Made by a program: the position numbers and the translations under genes. From contig NW_003526948.1 of assembly GCF_000181795.1 (NCBI RefSeq), forward strand, positions 1,463,428-1,514,626: a stretch of 51,199 nt of DNA. The letters are read 5' to 3'. Shown here one piece after another: positions 29,357 through 43,293 of this stretch (position 1 is the stretch's first letter; each line of letters begins with the position of its first letter). The DNA is from Trichinella spiralis. Lineage: Eukaryota. Below the pieces are notes generated by a model. It saw only the letters and a list, made by a program, of their open reading frames with translations, had not been told where the DNA came from and ran no database searches.

Positions 29357-31455
29357 GCCGATTTCGCATATGAAAATAATACATCAGAACGTCGAAAATA
29401 TATTAAAACGAAAAATTTTTTTTGTATTTATCACTTAAAAAAAATTAACATTTAAAAATGCAAATAAAACAAGTGGTGAATCGATTGGAATATGCTTTCA
29501 CATTAAAGAAATTTACAATTTTAAGGATTACAGTACACTGCATTACGTACATGGTGTGCATGTTATCCGTATGCATAGAAAAAAACAACCAAACATCATT
29601 GTTTTTTTTGTATAATTTTCTTATTGACAAGAACGTCCGCATTGAATGAAATGATTCATTTCAATAATGATGATTTCATGAAATGATTCATACCTGAAAA
29701 CGATCATTGCTTTTACAAATCAAAATTAGCATATAGCAAAGGTTGAACTGATAGTAAATAACAAGAATTTCCAAATTTACTTATTGCATTGTTTTTTTTA
29801 AATTCTATTTCTGTTTCGATGAAAATGTAATTTTTTTCTTTGAAAATGAAATGCTCTCCTCGTCAAGTGGAATAATTTTATGAAATTGTTGAACTTGAAC
29901 AAAAAATACTTGAACATCATTATCATCATTAAATTTATTTTTTGTTTCAATTTTGTTATGTATTTTTTATTTTAGACAATTTCAAATGCGTGAGAAAGTT
30001 TACTTGAAATCGAATTGTGAAATATACAAAGCTTATTCATTAATTTACTCTCTCACGATTAATTTTTAAAAAATTTAAATATTTATAATTTGAATTCAAA
30101 AGTTAACAGATGAAACGCGTAAAACATAGTAAGATGAATTTTATATAATAAAAAATGATAAAAATTTGTTTTTGTTTCAACTTCAATCTGTTCATCTGAA
30201 GCCCTGTGATTTTTTTCATTGAATTTGTTCATTTAATTGAGATTTCGGAAAATCTACTACTACTATTATCAACATTATTATCAATTCTTACATTATAAAA
30301 AAATATGCATTTGTTAAATAATGATTTATATTGAAAAATTCAAATTCACTTGTGATCTTTTCAATAGCAAATCGATTGTTCCAAATGCAACATTCACTCG
30401 GAGAACGTTTCAAAAATACATACGTTTTTATGTTCATTTTTTGAGCAACATTCAAAATGAAATTTGTTCAGAATTTTTATTTTAGTTTTTTTATGATTGA
30501 CATTTTTGAAATTTGATAAATATAGAACCTTTTAATTGGAAAATGAACGACGGCGACACGGCGCAGCTTTGCGGCGTGTTGTTTTCACCGAAACAACTGG
30601 CCAATATTGATGGTCAAGTTAATAATATCCGTGGGGTTGAACAATTTTTAATTGACCAGAATAATAATAATTGCACAAAACAAACAAGCGAACAATTTGG
30701 AAATATGCAAATTTTCAAATTATTCAGTCCTTTCTTTTTTGCAATTTGTTTTCGGCGTCAATTGTGAAATGATTAAATGCGCATAATTGAGGATTGATTG
30801 TTGTTGAATTTATCCCTTGACAAAACTGTGCATTCTTGTTCCGTGCATAGCAACCCAACGTTTTCTAGGAAATTGATTTTGCCGAGCATTATTTTCACCG
30901 AATTGCGTGCCTACGTTTATTTTTCTACAATTTAAATATTTTATTTAAAAAAAAGTAATATTTTTCTTCACTTACGCAAAGAAGGAAAAGACCAGGACAG
31001 TTTGTTGTTATTATTTTTGTATTACAGTATTACTGTAGATTATTTGGTTTTGTTTTCAGACGAATCTTTCAAAGAGAGAGAGAGAGAGAGAGGGAGAGAA
31101 ACAAAGTATTTTGTTTCGTATTTGAAAAAAAATGTTGAACAAGTTTTTATTGCTGTTTGCAATGGGAAAATTAGTAGAGAATGTTTCGACTTGGTGCCAC
31201 AATAAAAAAAGTGATAATAAAATTTCAAATCAATAATAAAATAACACTTCAAATATTTGAATCATCCGGTGATGGCTGGCGTCAAGTACCAATTCATCAT
31301 TGCTGATTTGTTCTTGTTACTGTTCTACTGACTCAATCTAAACCTTATAAAAGTCATATTATTTTTTTTCCATTCATTCTTTCTTTCATTCTCACTCTCT
31401 CCTCAAACTTTGCAAAATATTTTTACTTTTCTGTTGCTATTTTTATTAATTCCCA

Positions 31456-31486
<31 letters not shown>

Positions 31487-32320
31487 TCTTTCCATATCTG
31501 CACATATTCAGTGCTTTCGAATCGGACTGATTATTAATAAATAAATGCGCACACACAGGCAGGTACACAGGTTCAATTTTTACTTTTTCCAACCGATTGT
31601 TAATGATGCTGATAAAATTCTACTTTGGCAATGGTGCTTATTATTTAATTTTAAATTTGTTTCTATTTTTACATTTCCACGTATTTTGTCTATTACAGAA
31701 GGAGAAGTTAAAAAATTAATAATTCACACCGCTCATGGACGCGGCGGATTAAGAAACAACACACACAAGCTAATAATATATACTTGGGTATAATTGACGT
31801 GACGAGTGTCCATTGTCATGTCAGTGAATTGTAATAATTTCTATTCCATGTGTGTTGTTCAATTCAAAATTCAACCGCATTATCATTTTCCCCAATCATT
31901 CCCTTTTCTCATAACGAGGCTGAAAATTGTCCAACCAACACTCGCTTGTCTGTTGTGCACAATTTTACCGTTGCTATTCATTATTATTAGTATTAATTTT
32001 TTCTGTTTAATTTCAATTTAAATATAATTAATGCAGTTGGATTTCAAATTGAAAACAACCAACTGCGATGTTCTTCTTCAATTTGTCAATCAAGCCCCTC
32101 GGTGATGATGACTACCAATGCATTGCTTTGGAAGTTGTATTCCATTATTCAGTTCTATTCTAATCTTTCTATCGTCTATCAATTTCATCTACAAAAAAGA
32201 GTAAATTTGTTTTTTGTGTCGAAAATTTTTTATTTATTTGTAAGCATAGTAGTTGTAGTAGTAGCATTTATTTTGTCTTTGTTTAGTTCATCGCATCGGC
32301 ATATCTGATTGTACAATTTG

Positions 32321-34864
32321 ATGGATTGTGATTCGGTTGTGGTCGATTATGCCGGTGAGAGGTTCGATTTGGCAAATTTCGCTTGCAAACATCCCGGCGG
32401 TTCGTCGCTGATCAAAGCTTGCAATGGCAGACGGATTGATTCGTTCATGAACGGAACCGAAGCACTGTTCGGCAAAAAGCACCGGCACAGTATTCACGCC
32501 TACCGTCTGCTCAAACATTACTGTCTTGAAACTCAGAAGCAGGTGAATTGTTGTTGTTTTTTTATTTAAATAATTTTTCATTTTTGAAAATTTTTGATCT
32601 AGAACTTCGGAGTGGATGTTACGAAACCGTTGATTGGCCAGGTTGGCTTGTTGCGCGAAAAATACTGGAATTGGGCACATCAACCGATTTGTGAAAATTT
32701 GCGCATCTTCCATTCGGAAATGGCCGAAATGATCACCAAAACCAAATGGTACACTGTTCCGGCGGTTTGGATGCCGCTGGTAATTTACCTAGCCTTCAAA
32801 GGTTGTCAACAATTTCTGCTCTCCGGTATGTAAGATGATAATTTTCAGTACTTACACCATCATGTATAACTTTATTTTTTTAACTTTATACTTTTTGAAA
32901 TTGAAATGAGAATCACTCAACACATACACTCGCAAGCCAGTATTATTATTAGTATTATTTGTTTCAAGCCGGAATTCCTTTTTTCTTAAATATTATTATT
33001 AAACATTTACAATGGTCTTTTATTTGCAACACTGTTTTACAACAAACACTGTTCATACTGTGTTTAACATGTTTATTCAATGACACACTTTATAATTAAT
33101 AAAAGGTATCTTGAAAATCTTTAATTTTCCTCATCTTTTCCTTTACACACACATACACATTTGTATATAGAATTTATTTCCGCATATTTTGCTTTTTGAT
33201 TTTGTTTTACTTTAAAGCATTTATGAAATTTTAACTGTACTTTTCATTTATTATTCTTTTTATTCCACAATAACAATGAATTAAAATTTTACTATCAGCT
33301 GCTAATTTTCAACATACTTTATTTATTTATTTAACATTTGTCAAAAAAAATTGTTGAAACTCACTAAATTAGAGTGTGCTTTTATTGAATTGAAGTGAAT
33401 TAAATTCAATTCTGTTGAACTTGTTGAATAGTACTTTGAAGAACTTTTAAAAATTAAAAAAACGTTTTAAATTTATCATTCGGATGCATCTTCATCGTCA
33501 ATAAATGCTATTTACTGTGCTCTCATGCATAATTCAATCGTAGTGTTCGTTTCTTTAATTGAATAATTAAGCAAATTTTTATTTGAAACAATTTCCAATG
33601 CCTGAATTTAATCTTTCTAATATAAGATTATTGTTGATCACAATTTGTGATAAATAAAAAATATCCATTTGACAACTGTAACTTTTGTGTTTTCAACTGA
33701 CGTGAATTTCAAAAAAAAAACAAACAAACTATTTTTGATGGAATTATAATTTTATCATTATGTTCTTATTGTCAAATTGTCGCATAAACTTATGCACATT
33801 TTTGCACATTCAACAGAATGCTGCTGTACAATGTTGATATTTTATTTGGTTAACAAAATATTTCATTATCAAAAAAAGCACTCAACTCACTGTACTACTG
33901 TAATGCACACTGTTATTATTGTATTCATTTTTATTATTTAGGAATTTCTTTGCTTTCAACAACTGTGCTATTTTTGATTATGTTTCTTGCCGGTTTCACG
34001 CTGTGGACATTTATGGAATATATAATTCATCGATTTGGATTTCACTGGAAGCCAAGTGCAAACTCTGAACGGATGATTACTTTGCACTTTCTCATGCATG
34101 GCCTTCATCACAAAGTAAATTGGCAAATCACATGAATACTTTTTTCCCATTCATTTATTCATTCTTTTTATACTTTATTTTACTTCATAATAGCAGTCAT
34201 TTATTACTCCTGGCAATGGAATCGGTGAAATGTTCCACTGCTAAAAATAATAACTGCTAAACATAACACAAATTAATTGATTTCTTCACCAGATGTGAAG
34301 CTGAATTTTTCCAATGTGTCAACAATTAACATAATAACACTATTTGGCAGTGAAATTGCACAAATGCATTATTTATTGATTAATTTATTTGATAATTTAA
34401 TTTCACCCATATTTTCAGACTCCAATGGATAAAAACCGATTAGTCTTTCCACCACTGATTGCTCTGCCTGTAGTCGGTTTCGTATTTCTAATGTACAAAT
34501 CTCTTCTACCCTGGCCAATATGCTTAACGGTGTCTAGTGGAAATCTGTTCGGATACATTTGCTACGATCTGATACACTATTACCTCCACCATGGTGAGCC
34601 GTCAGCAAATTCATATTTGCACAAATTGAAAGTTTATCATTACAATCATCATTTTTCCAATACCGACAAAGGTAGGCAGCATTGATTAATCTAATTTTAA
34701 CAACACATTGTTAGCATTTTGAAATGTATTTTTCTTCTTTCCTTTTTTAAATCAACTACTATACAAAGCATACACATATGAATTAAAATGCAATTTTTTC
34801 AGCATTTGGCATCAGCAGCGCTGTATGGGATGTTATATTTCAAACTGTTGGCTCTTTTCAATAA
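32321..34864 (+). CDS. FA2H: Fatty acid 2-hydroxylase (cytochrome b5 domain plus sterol desaturase/hydroxylase domain), 5 exons
   Basis: Cyt-b5 domain FACKHPGG..KHRHSIHAY, then KPLIGQVGLL..YWNWAHQP..TKTKWYTVPAVW. His boxes WTFMEYIIHRF.FH, HFLMHGLHHK|TPMDKNRLVFPP, YDLIHYYLHHG and YHYNHHF. Ends AFGISSAVWDVIFQTVGSFQ* (TAA 34862-34864). Confidence 0.94.
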
Positions 34865-35562
34865 TTTGCTGTGGAATTGTGAAACAGTTTTTCAATATCA
34901 CGGGGTAGAGAATATCACATTTGCACAACAAGAAGAGTAAAAAATTTTGTGCTTTTCAAACAAGAATAAGAAAATAATGATGATAATGAATTTTTCTGGC
35001 CAAAAAATTATCAATTAATCAGTCAAAAAATACTTAACATATTCAAGCGATTTTCTGAATTGAAAATTCACTGCTTTTTTATTCCTGCATTTATGGCTTT
35101 TGTTGTGTATGTGAACTGATTAAGCATATAGAGACTTTACTTGCAATGACAACACAATACCAAGCTAATGTATAACGCACACGAGATTACACACACAGAT
35201 AACGCACACAGAGCGAACGCGGAAACACATCTACGCACGGACACTGGTGACGTGGAAACTACTGTAATATGTTCCTGCGCGTTCTTTTTGTAGATATTTT
35301 GATCCCATAGGATCACAATACATTACACATTTCAAAATTGAACATTTAAATAAAATAAATAATGTGAATGTACATGAATGAATATTTGTATCACTTTTTA
35401 TTGCACGTTTTTTATAAAATAAATATTATGTTGTACTTAAAAATATAAAAATACAGTATTCTCAAAACATATATGGTAGGATCTAACTTAATTATCAGAT
35501 TACTGTAGTATGTTTTGTATGCAGTTCTTTCTCTGAGTACGTTGTTCGTCCACATTTCTGAA

Positions 35563-38500
35563 ATGGAATTGGAACCACCAAGAACCCAGTGTGTCCCAAC
35601 GCCAGAAATCAGGTAGTAGAATAAAATATTTCTATATATATATATATATATACATATGTATATATGAAGCATACTTTTTCAACAGTAGTTGTTTACTATG
35701 AATTTATGTTTTACTGTTTCTGATACTTCACGCATGGAATAAATGAAATTTTTTTCTCGAACTATTTTTGCAGTGAACTGAAAAATTAGTGAATTTATGT
35801 TTTGAAATTTTAGGTTTAGTTGTTTTTTATAATTTTTTCATATTCAACAAAATGAAAGTTGAGAAAGGCAAAAATTGAATAATTCCTTTTCTTTTGGTTG
35901 TTATAATCAGATAGTTTCAATAAATAATTATAATAAAAGTGGTTGAATTAATTTTCGAATCAAGCTTATTAACGCTGAGTTGGTAAAGTATGTGGTGGAG
36001 CGACAGCGGTAGAAAAAATTCTACGTAGTTCAACCGATTTAGCACCTTTAATTTATGTAATGATTTATGGCAACTTCAAGTGTATGTTTACTAGCGATTG
36101 GTTGAATATTTTCTATAAAACTTCAATGATCAAACTGATCTATTATAAGTAAAATTTATGGAAAGTGTTTCAATATTTCAGTTTGTTGATCATTTTATTT
36201 TAAATTCCTTTAATCATGTTGTCGTGATGAGATTTGAAATTACTTTCTGAAAAAAGGTCATTTATTCCGCGTTTAGATTTAGTACCGTTAAGCTGGGTTT
36301 GAAAACGCAACGAGAGGGCTATTTTCCGAAATATGCACATCACCCTTCTCTGAACGTAGTATTATCAGAGTCCAAGCGCTTATTTACTTTGCTGAACTGG
36401 CTACAGTGGCGATAGTTAACGTTCCCTCAGTGAGCTACATTTTTAATTATTGCCGACTATCTGTCTGCGCCGACTGATTAATTATAGCGTTTTCACTTTA
36501 ATTGAGGACGTCTATCTTTGAAGCAGATTAGTTTTTCTTCTGTTCTTTTATTTATTTATATTTCTCGAAAGCAGTTCATCCTAAGTTTCTTTATTCCGCT
36601 GTTGTTGTGTAGCTTGGTTTCAGTCTGAAGTTTCTATGAAAGTGAAATATTGAAGCTTTTGAGGCTACTGTCTTCGTCGTCGGCGATTTTTCACTGATGT
36701 GTGGTATGTGGTGGTTTATATGTAAAATAAATTTTGCTGTTCATTCAAATTCAATTGAGATTACTTATTTTTTTACCGTTTTGAGTTGCATCGGAATTAT
36801 GGTTAAATTACGGTTGATTATATATCGACTCAGAAGTGTAATTTACATTTAAAGTATAAGTTATTGAACGTTTTGTTCATGTTCAGTACTTGATGGAAAC
36901 TACTGTATACGATAGAGTGCTTTAATATTTTGTAGTAGTTGCTTTCCACATTTGAACATTTTTCATTTCTCATTTGTTGTTGTGAATGACATTAGTATTC
37001 ATCCGTGAAATGAAAGGCAATTACAGTTAGGAAAAACTGTTTTTCATTTTCAGCAGGTGGTTTCTGAGACTAGACTGTGATTACGGGCAAAATCAAGTAC
37101 CAAAATAGCGCTACATAACTTGTAAAGAATGTGAGAAAAGTGATCTGCAGTAGTACTATGGTTTTAACTACAATTGTGACCGTAGTGCAATAAACAAATA
37201 AATATTAACAGCTTATTTAAATGATCCTTGGCTTCTTATTGTCATTGTTCTGGAAAACGTCCTGCAGTTTTCTTTTATGTGTAGTAATGCACTGCCATGG
37301 TTGTGCAGTATGCATAATGCTTGTGAAGTGAGTGGTGAAATTGTAAAACTACAAGTATGTTTCGTTCGGAGAGAAATATTTGAACCATGTATGAGAGATT
37401 ACGTTTTGATTACAGTATATTATATTGTGATTTTCACGATCAAGGGTTGAAGAGCTTTCAGATTACTGTGGCATGTTGTATTGTGTAATGTTGGCATTAA
37501 ATTAATTAATTTCGTAATGTTTTAAATATTTATGAATTTTCATTATTTTTATTGTTTTTTAGATATGAGAGTATTTGGCATTATCTAAGCGTATTGTATA
37601 AGTTGATTTACATGGAGGCCGAATCCCTCCGCCAATCAAAGGAGGCGTACAGTCAGCAGAATATTACAGTTCGTTGGGGTTTTGGTCCAGACGGTCAGCG
37701 TATTGCCTATTTTGTGTTTAGCAAAATCTTGGGCACCGGTAGGATATTACATAAACTATATATGCAACATCTTAATGTTTGTGGTTATTTTTAAAGAAGT
37801 GAAGTTGATGGCTGGGGATGAATTGATTTTGAATTCAGACTTTAACGGGAAGGTCTGGAAGGCAAGCGGACGCGTTATGAAAGTTCCAGGTAGTATATGT
37901 TTATATTAAAATTAAAATTTGCTGTTCAAAATGAAATTCTTTTAGATTTTGGCGAAGAGGTAGCGATTCAGTTAATGAATGCCAATGACGCTCCTCCTTG
38001 TTATGTTACTAATGGTTATTCAGTGCATTTCGGTTTGAGATCAGCTTATATTGATCGGTATATTTTTGTTCTGATTTTGTTTGAACTGCAGAATTGAGTT
38101 TGTGGTGTTTCTTGATGTATTTGTGAATGTCAATTAATGTATTATTTTTCAGAATGTTGACAGCATTGAGAAAATTGACTAAGGAAGATTTTGTTTCACA
38201 TGCAATTCAGCGTACCATTTTGGGGCATGATTATGAAGCACCGCCGTTGGATATTTCATACCCAAATCATTATTCGGCGCCAGGTTTGCCTGAGTTGAAC
38301 CACAGTCAAGTTATGGCAGTGCGCGAGGTACTGACGCGCAGTATCAGCTTAATTCAGGTATGTTATTGATGAGTTTCATTTTATGAACTTTGATTATTCA
38401 TGGTATTTCTTAAGGGTCCCCCTGGAACCGGGAAGACGGTAACATCTGCATCGATTGTTTACCATTTGGCCAAGGCACGTGGGACACCGATATTAGTTTG

Positions 38501-39679
38501 TTCTCCAAGCAATGTAGCCATTGATCAGTTGGCTGAAAAAATAAGTCGCACTGGTTTGAGGGTGATTCGCACGTGCGCGAAATCTAGAGAGAAAATTGAT
38601 TCTCCCGTCGGTTTCCTCACTCTGCACCAACAAGTCCGACGTTTAGTAGAGTAATTGTTATTTGTGAATTGTTTCAGATTGTCCATATTCGAGATTATTT
38701 TAGTTGATTTTATTTTATATATTTGTTCTGTTTTATCAATTTTAATATTTCAGAAAAGAGGAACTGGGCAAATTGTTGCAGGTAAAGGAAGAGACAGGCG
38801 AGTTGAGCCCCGTAGAGGAGAATCGATTCAGTAGTTTGAAGTTGAAGTATGAGCGTGAATTGCTTAAAAAAGCGGACGTTATATGCTGCACTTGTGTAGC
38901 AGCAGGTGATTCGAGACTTGCTGCTATCAAATTCCGAGCTGTACTGATCGATGAATCTACGCAAGCAAAGGAACCTGAATGTCTCATACCGATAGTGACA
39001 GGAGCTAGACAGGTATGCATTTAATTCTTGGTTTCGCCTGTTATACATTTTGTTTTCAATAATAGGTAGTATTAGTTGGTGATCATTGTCAGCTGGGTCC
39101 GGTGGTTATTTGTGAGGAAGCTGCACGTGCTGGTTTGAATCGGTCTTTATTTGAACGTTTGGTGATTCTTGGCAATCAGCCAATACGTTTGCAAGTACAG
39201 TATCGCATGCATCCGCTGTTATCGTTGCTTCCAAGCAATCTGTTTTACGAAGGCACTTTGCAAAATGGTGTCACTGAACGTAATTGAATTATTCAGTTTT
39301 TTATTTTTAATAATAATAATAATAGTAATAATAATAAATGTTGTAGAAGAGAGAATTTTGGAAGCAGGTGATTTTCGGTGGCCAAATCCTACTGTGCCAA
39401 TGTTTTTTTGGTGTACTCTTAGTCAAGAAGAGAAACCCCGTTCAGGAAAATCGTTTTTGAATCGCGCTGAAGCGGCACATATTGAAAAAATTGCGACAAA
39501 ATTTTTGCGCTCTGGTGTCCGTGCTGATCAGATCGGCATAATTACTCCTTATGAAGCACAGCGTGCCCATATTGTTAAACATATGTTACACAGCGGCCCG
39601 TTGAACAACAAGCTTTACCAAGAAATTGAAGTAGCTAGTGTTGATGCATTTCAGGTATTGATAATAATATTCTTCTATT

Positions 39680-39710
<31 letters not shown>

Positions 39711-40832
39711 GTAGAGAGAAGGATATTATATTGCTGTCATGTGTACGATCGAACAAGGATAATAAAATTGGTTTTTTGAATGACTCACGTCGTTTGAATG
39801 TTGCACTGACTCGTGCACGCTACGGCTTGATTATTGTTGGAAATCCGAAAGTTCTGTCCCATCAACCAATGTGGAACAGTCTGCTGAGATTTTGTAGAGA
39901 AAATCATTGCTTGCTTCATGGTCCATTGAATGCACTGAAAGAGTATAAAGTTGATTTTAATAAAGGAAAATCCAATTTACCTGTCACGGTAGGTTTCAAC
40001 TCATTTTCAGTTGTTAATTTATAACTAATTTGTTTGTTTTAGAACACAGTTACAAGCAACGACATGTTGCTTAACAATTATAATCAGAATCGAAATGAAC
40101 CGTCTTGTAAGTGTTGACAATTTTGCACAGTTGAAGTATTTCATAGCTGGATTAATGTTTTCAGGTCGTCTGGAAGGAAATAGTTTGTGCAGAGATCAAA
40201 CGAGTTTGATATCTATGGGGTGTTCTCAAGCTATGTCATCACTTTTGGGCTCTTCTGACCCTCCCATTCCATACAACAATGATATGCTATCTACGTCTTC
40301 ACGTATGTTTAATTTGTTGTTTTATTTTTGTTACTTTACTATTTTACTTACTAAGTTTCTGTAATGTATTTTTTGTGTAACTGACTATCTCAGATATTAT
40401 TAACATGCTTTGAAATTTTTGTTATGAATTGTTTTTGTAGAAAGAAATGCCAAGGATGGTGGTGAAATGCGTGATCACCGAATGCCCGAAATGCGACCTG
40501 CGCCCGGACGCCCACTGATGCCATCTGACGAAGCATCTGCATCCTCTAGTCAGTCAATAGCATTTCAATCTTATAGGGACTTCACTCAGGTATAATGCTT
40601 TGTACTTTTATTTATTATGTTATTATTGTATGTAATGTTATATGAAATGTTTGCAATTGTTTGAAAGAAAATGATGTTTTAGGAGGTGGATGATGTCGAA
40701 TCTTTGCGAATTCAGCTTGAGTCAATGATGTTGTCGCAGGATACAAATTATGAAAGTAGCGAAGGGGTTTCAAGCTCATCTATGATTGGTGATGGATCTT
40801 CAAGTGGTTCTTATCCTGCTTCGCAGCAGTAA
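35563..40832 (+). CDS. UPF1/SMG-2-like superfamily 1 RNA helicase apparently lacking the N-terminal CH domain
   Basis: Candidate exon 1 (35563-35612, [18 protein letters not shown]|gt) splices in phase to ag|A TAT GAG at 37563, giving ..EIRYES, like the UPF1 linker LLRYED. Then [74 protein letters not shown] and [11 protein letters not shown]. Last exon ..[18 protein letters not shown] (TAA 40830-40832). Core from 37563 is firm; the first exon is inferred. Confidence 0.88.
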
Positions 40833-40958
40833 CACTTGAAGACGAATGATTCAAGTATATATGTATGCATGCATGCATACATATGTATATGTATATATAT
40901 ATGTATATATTATTAGTTTGTCTGCCTTTGACAATACTGAAGACAGATAATGCTATTT

Positions 40959-41641
40959 TTCTATTTTTGCTCATCAGATGATATTCGCTGTTCATTATTA
41001 TATTTTTATGTGTTTAGCGTTATGAATTTTTAGTTTAATGAGTAAGATGAAGTTTTGCATGAGAAACTGAGGCGAAAGAGTGATATATGATGAGTGAATG
41101 AGCAGCAGAAAACTTGAATAACTGATGAGAAATGTTTCCCAAATGACCAAGTGATTTATTTGTTTACTCTTCTTGTCTTGGACTATTTATCATTTACTGC
41201 GACCCATTAGTCTTTCAGTTGAAGCCTTCAGTTTTTTACGTCTGTGAAAGCCAGTGTGGGCATGAATGTTGTTCTGTTTTTTTTGGGTGATAGTGTTGAT
41301 AATACGGTTCTATTTTTGCTCATCAGATAATATTTGTTGTTCATTATTATATTTTTATATGTTTAACGTTATGAATTTTTAGTTTAATGAGTAAGATGAA
41401 GTTTTGCATGAGAAACTGAGGCGAAAGAGTGATATATGATGAGTGAATGAGCAGCAGAAAACTTGAATAACTGATGAGAAATGTTGCCCAAATGACCAAG
41501 TGATTTATTTGTTTACTCTTCTTGTCTTGGACTATTTATCATTTACTGCGACCCATTAGTCTTTCAGTTGAAGCCTTCAGTTTTTTACGTCTGTGAAAGC
41601 CAGTATGGACATGAATGTTGTTCTGTTTTTGGGGTGATGGT
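40959..41641. repeat. Direct tandem duplication, period 349 bp (copy 1 about 40959-41294, copy 2 about 41308-41641)
   Basis: The block ctatttttgctcatcagat...gaaactgaggcgaaagagtgatatatgatgagtg...gacccattagtctttcagttgaagcc...catgaatgttgttctgttttt occurs twice with only scattered substitutions. Confidence 0.95.
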
Positions 41642-43293
41642 AATTTTCACAATAGCTTCGACTTCTTCTGGGTTAATTTCGACGTTGCTTATCTGTTGGT
41701 TTTTTCTTCTTTTTATTGTGATGTGGTGTTGGGAGCAAAATAAATTTTTATTTTGTTTTTGAAATAATGGAGAAAATGAATTCATAGGAAAAGTATTTGC
41801 ATTGTGTGCATGCATGCAGTTCGTTGTGGAAACATTTCTTGCACGACTTTTGAACCGAATAATTGGAAATTCAGAAAATTTGTCATTTTAATTTTCTACT
41901 ATAATATTAGACTTAGTGAATAATATTATATTTAAATTGTATAACAGTGGACTGGATAAGCTGTAGATGAATGCAGATTTACGCTGACGTTTGTTTTTTT
42001 CCATTGAAACTTTTCAAGTACGGTAGTGAAGTTATTTATGTGATGATCATTATTATGGCAGCTTTTACGAACAAAACATACTTGCGTGTTAAACACTGTT
42101 CATCCCTCTTGAATATAGTAGGGTCATTTTTGTTTTTCTGCTAATTGGCACGTGCGAGTGTGTAGATGTTTTGTGATTTGAGTTCTGTCTGCTGTGTACA
42201 GTTCTGAATAAAATTGATTTAACCAGGCATTTGTTGCGTTGGTTTGATTTTGACGTAAGATGTGGAAAAACGCTGAACACACAGTTATGAATTTTGATGA
42301 TGATTTTCAGGAAGTCGATATGTCGACTAGTTGTGAATCGTCGTTTTGGAAATAAATTACTATCCAATAGCCCGATTTTATGAACAGTTCAGTTTGGAAA
42401 CATGAAGCAGTAAACATCATCGGAAAGGAAAAATTGCATTGTGCAAATGTGGTAGCTTTGGATAACAAACACTCTATGTTAGTTTGTGTGATTTTAAAGA
42501 TAATACAGTCCGTCCTAATTATCATTGTACTGATAATAATAAATAGAATTTATGCCTCGCATATTTTTATATTTATATTAAATTTATACTGAAAAAAACC
42601 ACAACATGTCTGCAATGCGCCTTTAACTCTCCAATCTGTATGTTGACTAGAAACTGTCCCTTTTTCAATTAATTCATGCGAAGCGGCATCTGGAATACAG
42701 TTCATATCTCCACAGAGGCATATTTGCTATTCTGGATTCAGGAAACTGAAACATTAATTAGCGCAGATCAGTTTATAAAACAAATAAATATTCAACATGA
42801 AATGCAAATTTGTACACCACATAATACAGTTTCTAGTTCAGCAAGAGTTTGGTAAATCAAACTTACCTTCTCTTTTAGTGATTTAAATACATTATTAAGG
42901 TGTAAAATACAGATTACAATTTGCAGAAGTCATATATAATCATGCTCGCCTTTGGAATGTAAATGTGTATTGGCAATGCAAATCAACTTATCTGGCAATA
43001 AAATGCTTCGATATGCCGTAACCTGAAATTTAAAAAATCCTTTCCAATAATAATAGAATTAACTGTCAATGTGTTTTTTCAAAACGTTCAAGTGAGAAAT
43101 AAAGAAGATTTTTATAAATTAATCACCAGTTGCCAACTAAATAAACGATGTCGAGCTATTTTACATTAATTTAGTGACCTAATTCAAATAAGGTGTGTTT
43201 TATTATTTATTATTGTCCAGGTGAATGTAAGCAGTTTTCTTTCTTTTTTGGTGCAGTATAAGTGGTAAATATGTTTTGCAAAGGAAAAAAACT

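Noticed and set aside
36641..36695. Imperfect hairpin agtgaaa...tttcact in the first intron of the UPF1-like gene (miRNA-like?)
   Set aside because: Central pairing is too weak for a pre-miRNA and no known mature sequence was recognised.
41121..41150. CTGATGA followed by a small hairpin, resembling a hammerhead ribozyme core (similar case near 7837)
   Set aside because: The required GAAA does not directly follow stem II (CCAAA instead), the hairpin is broken in the second copy, and stems I/III are absent.
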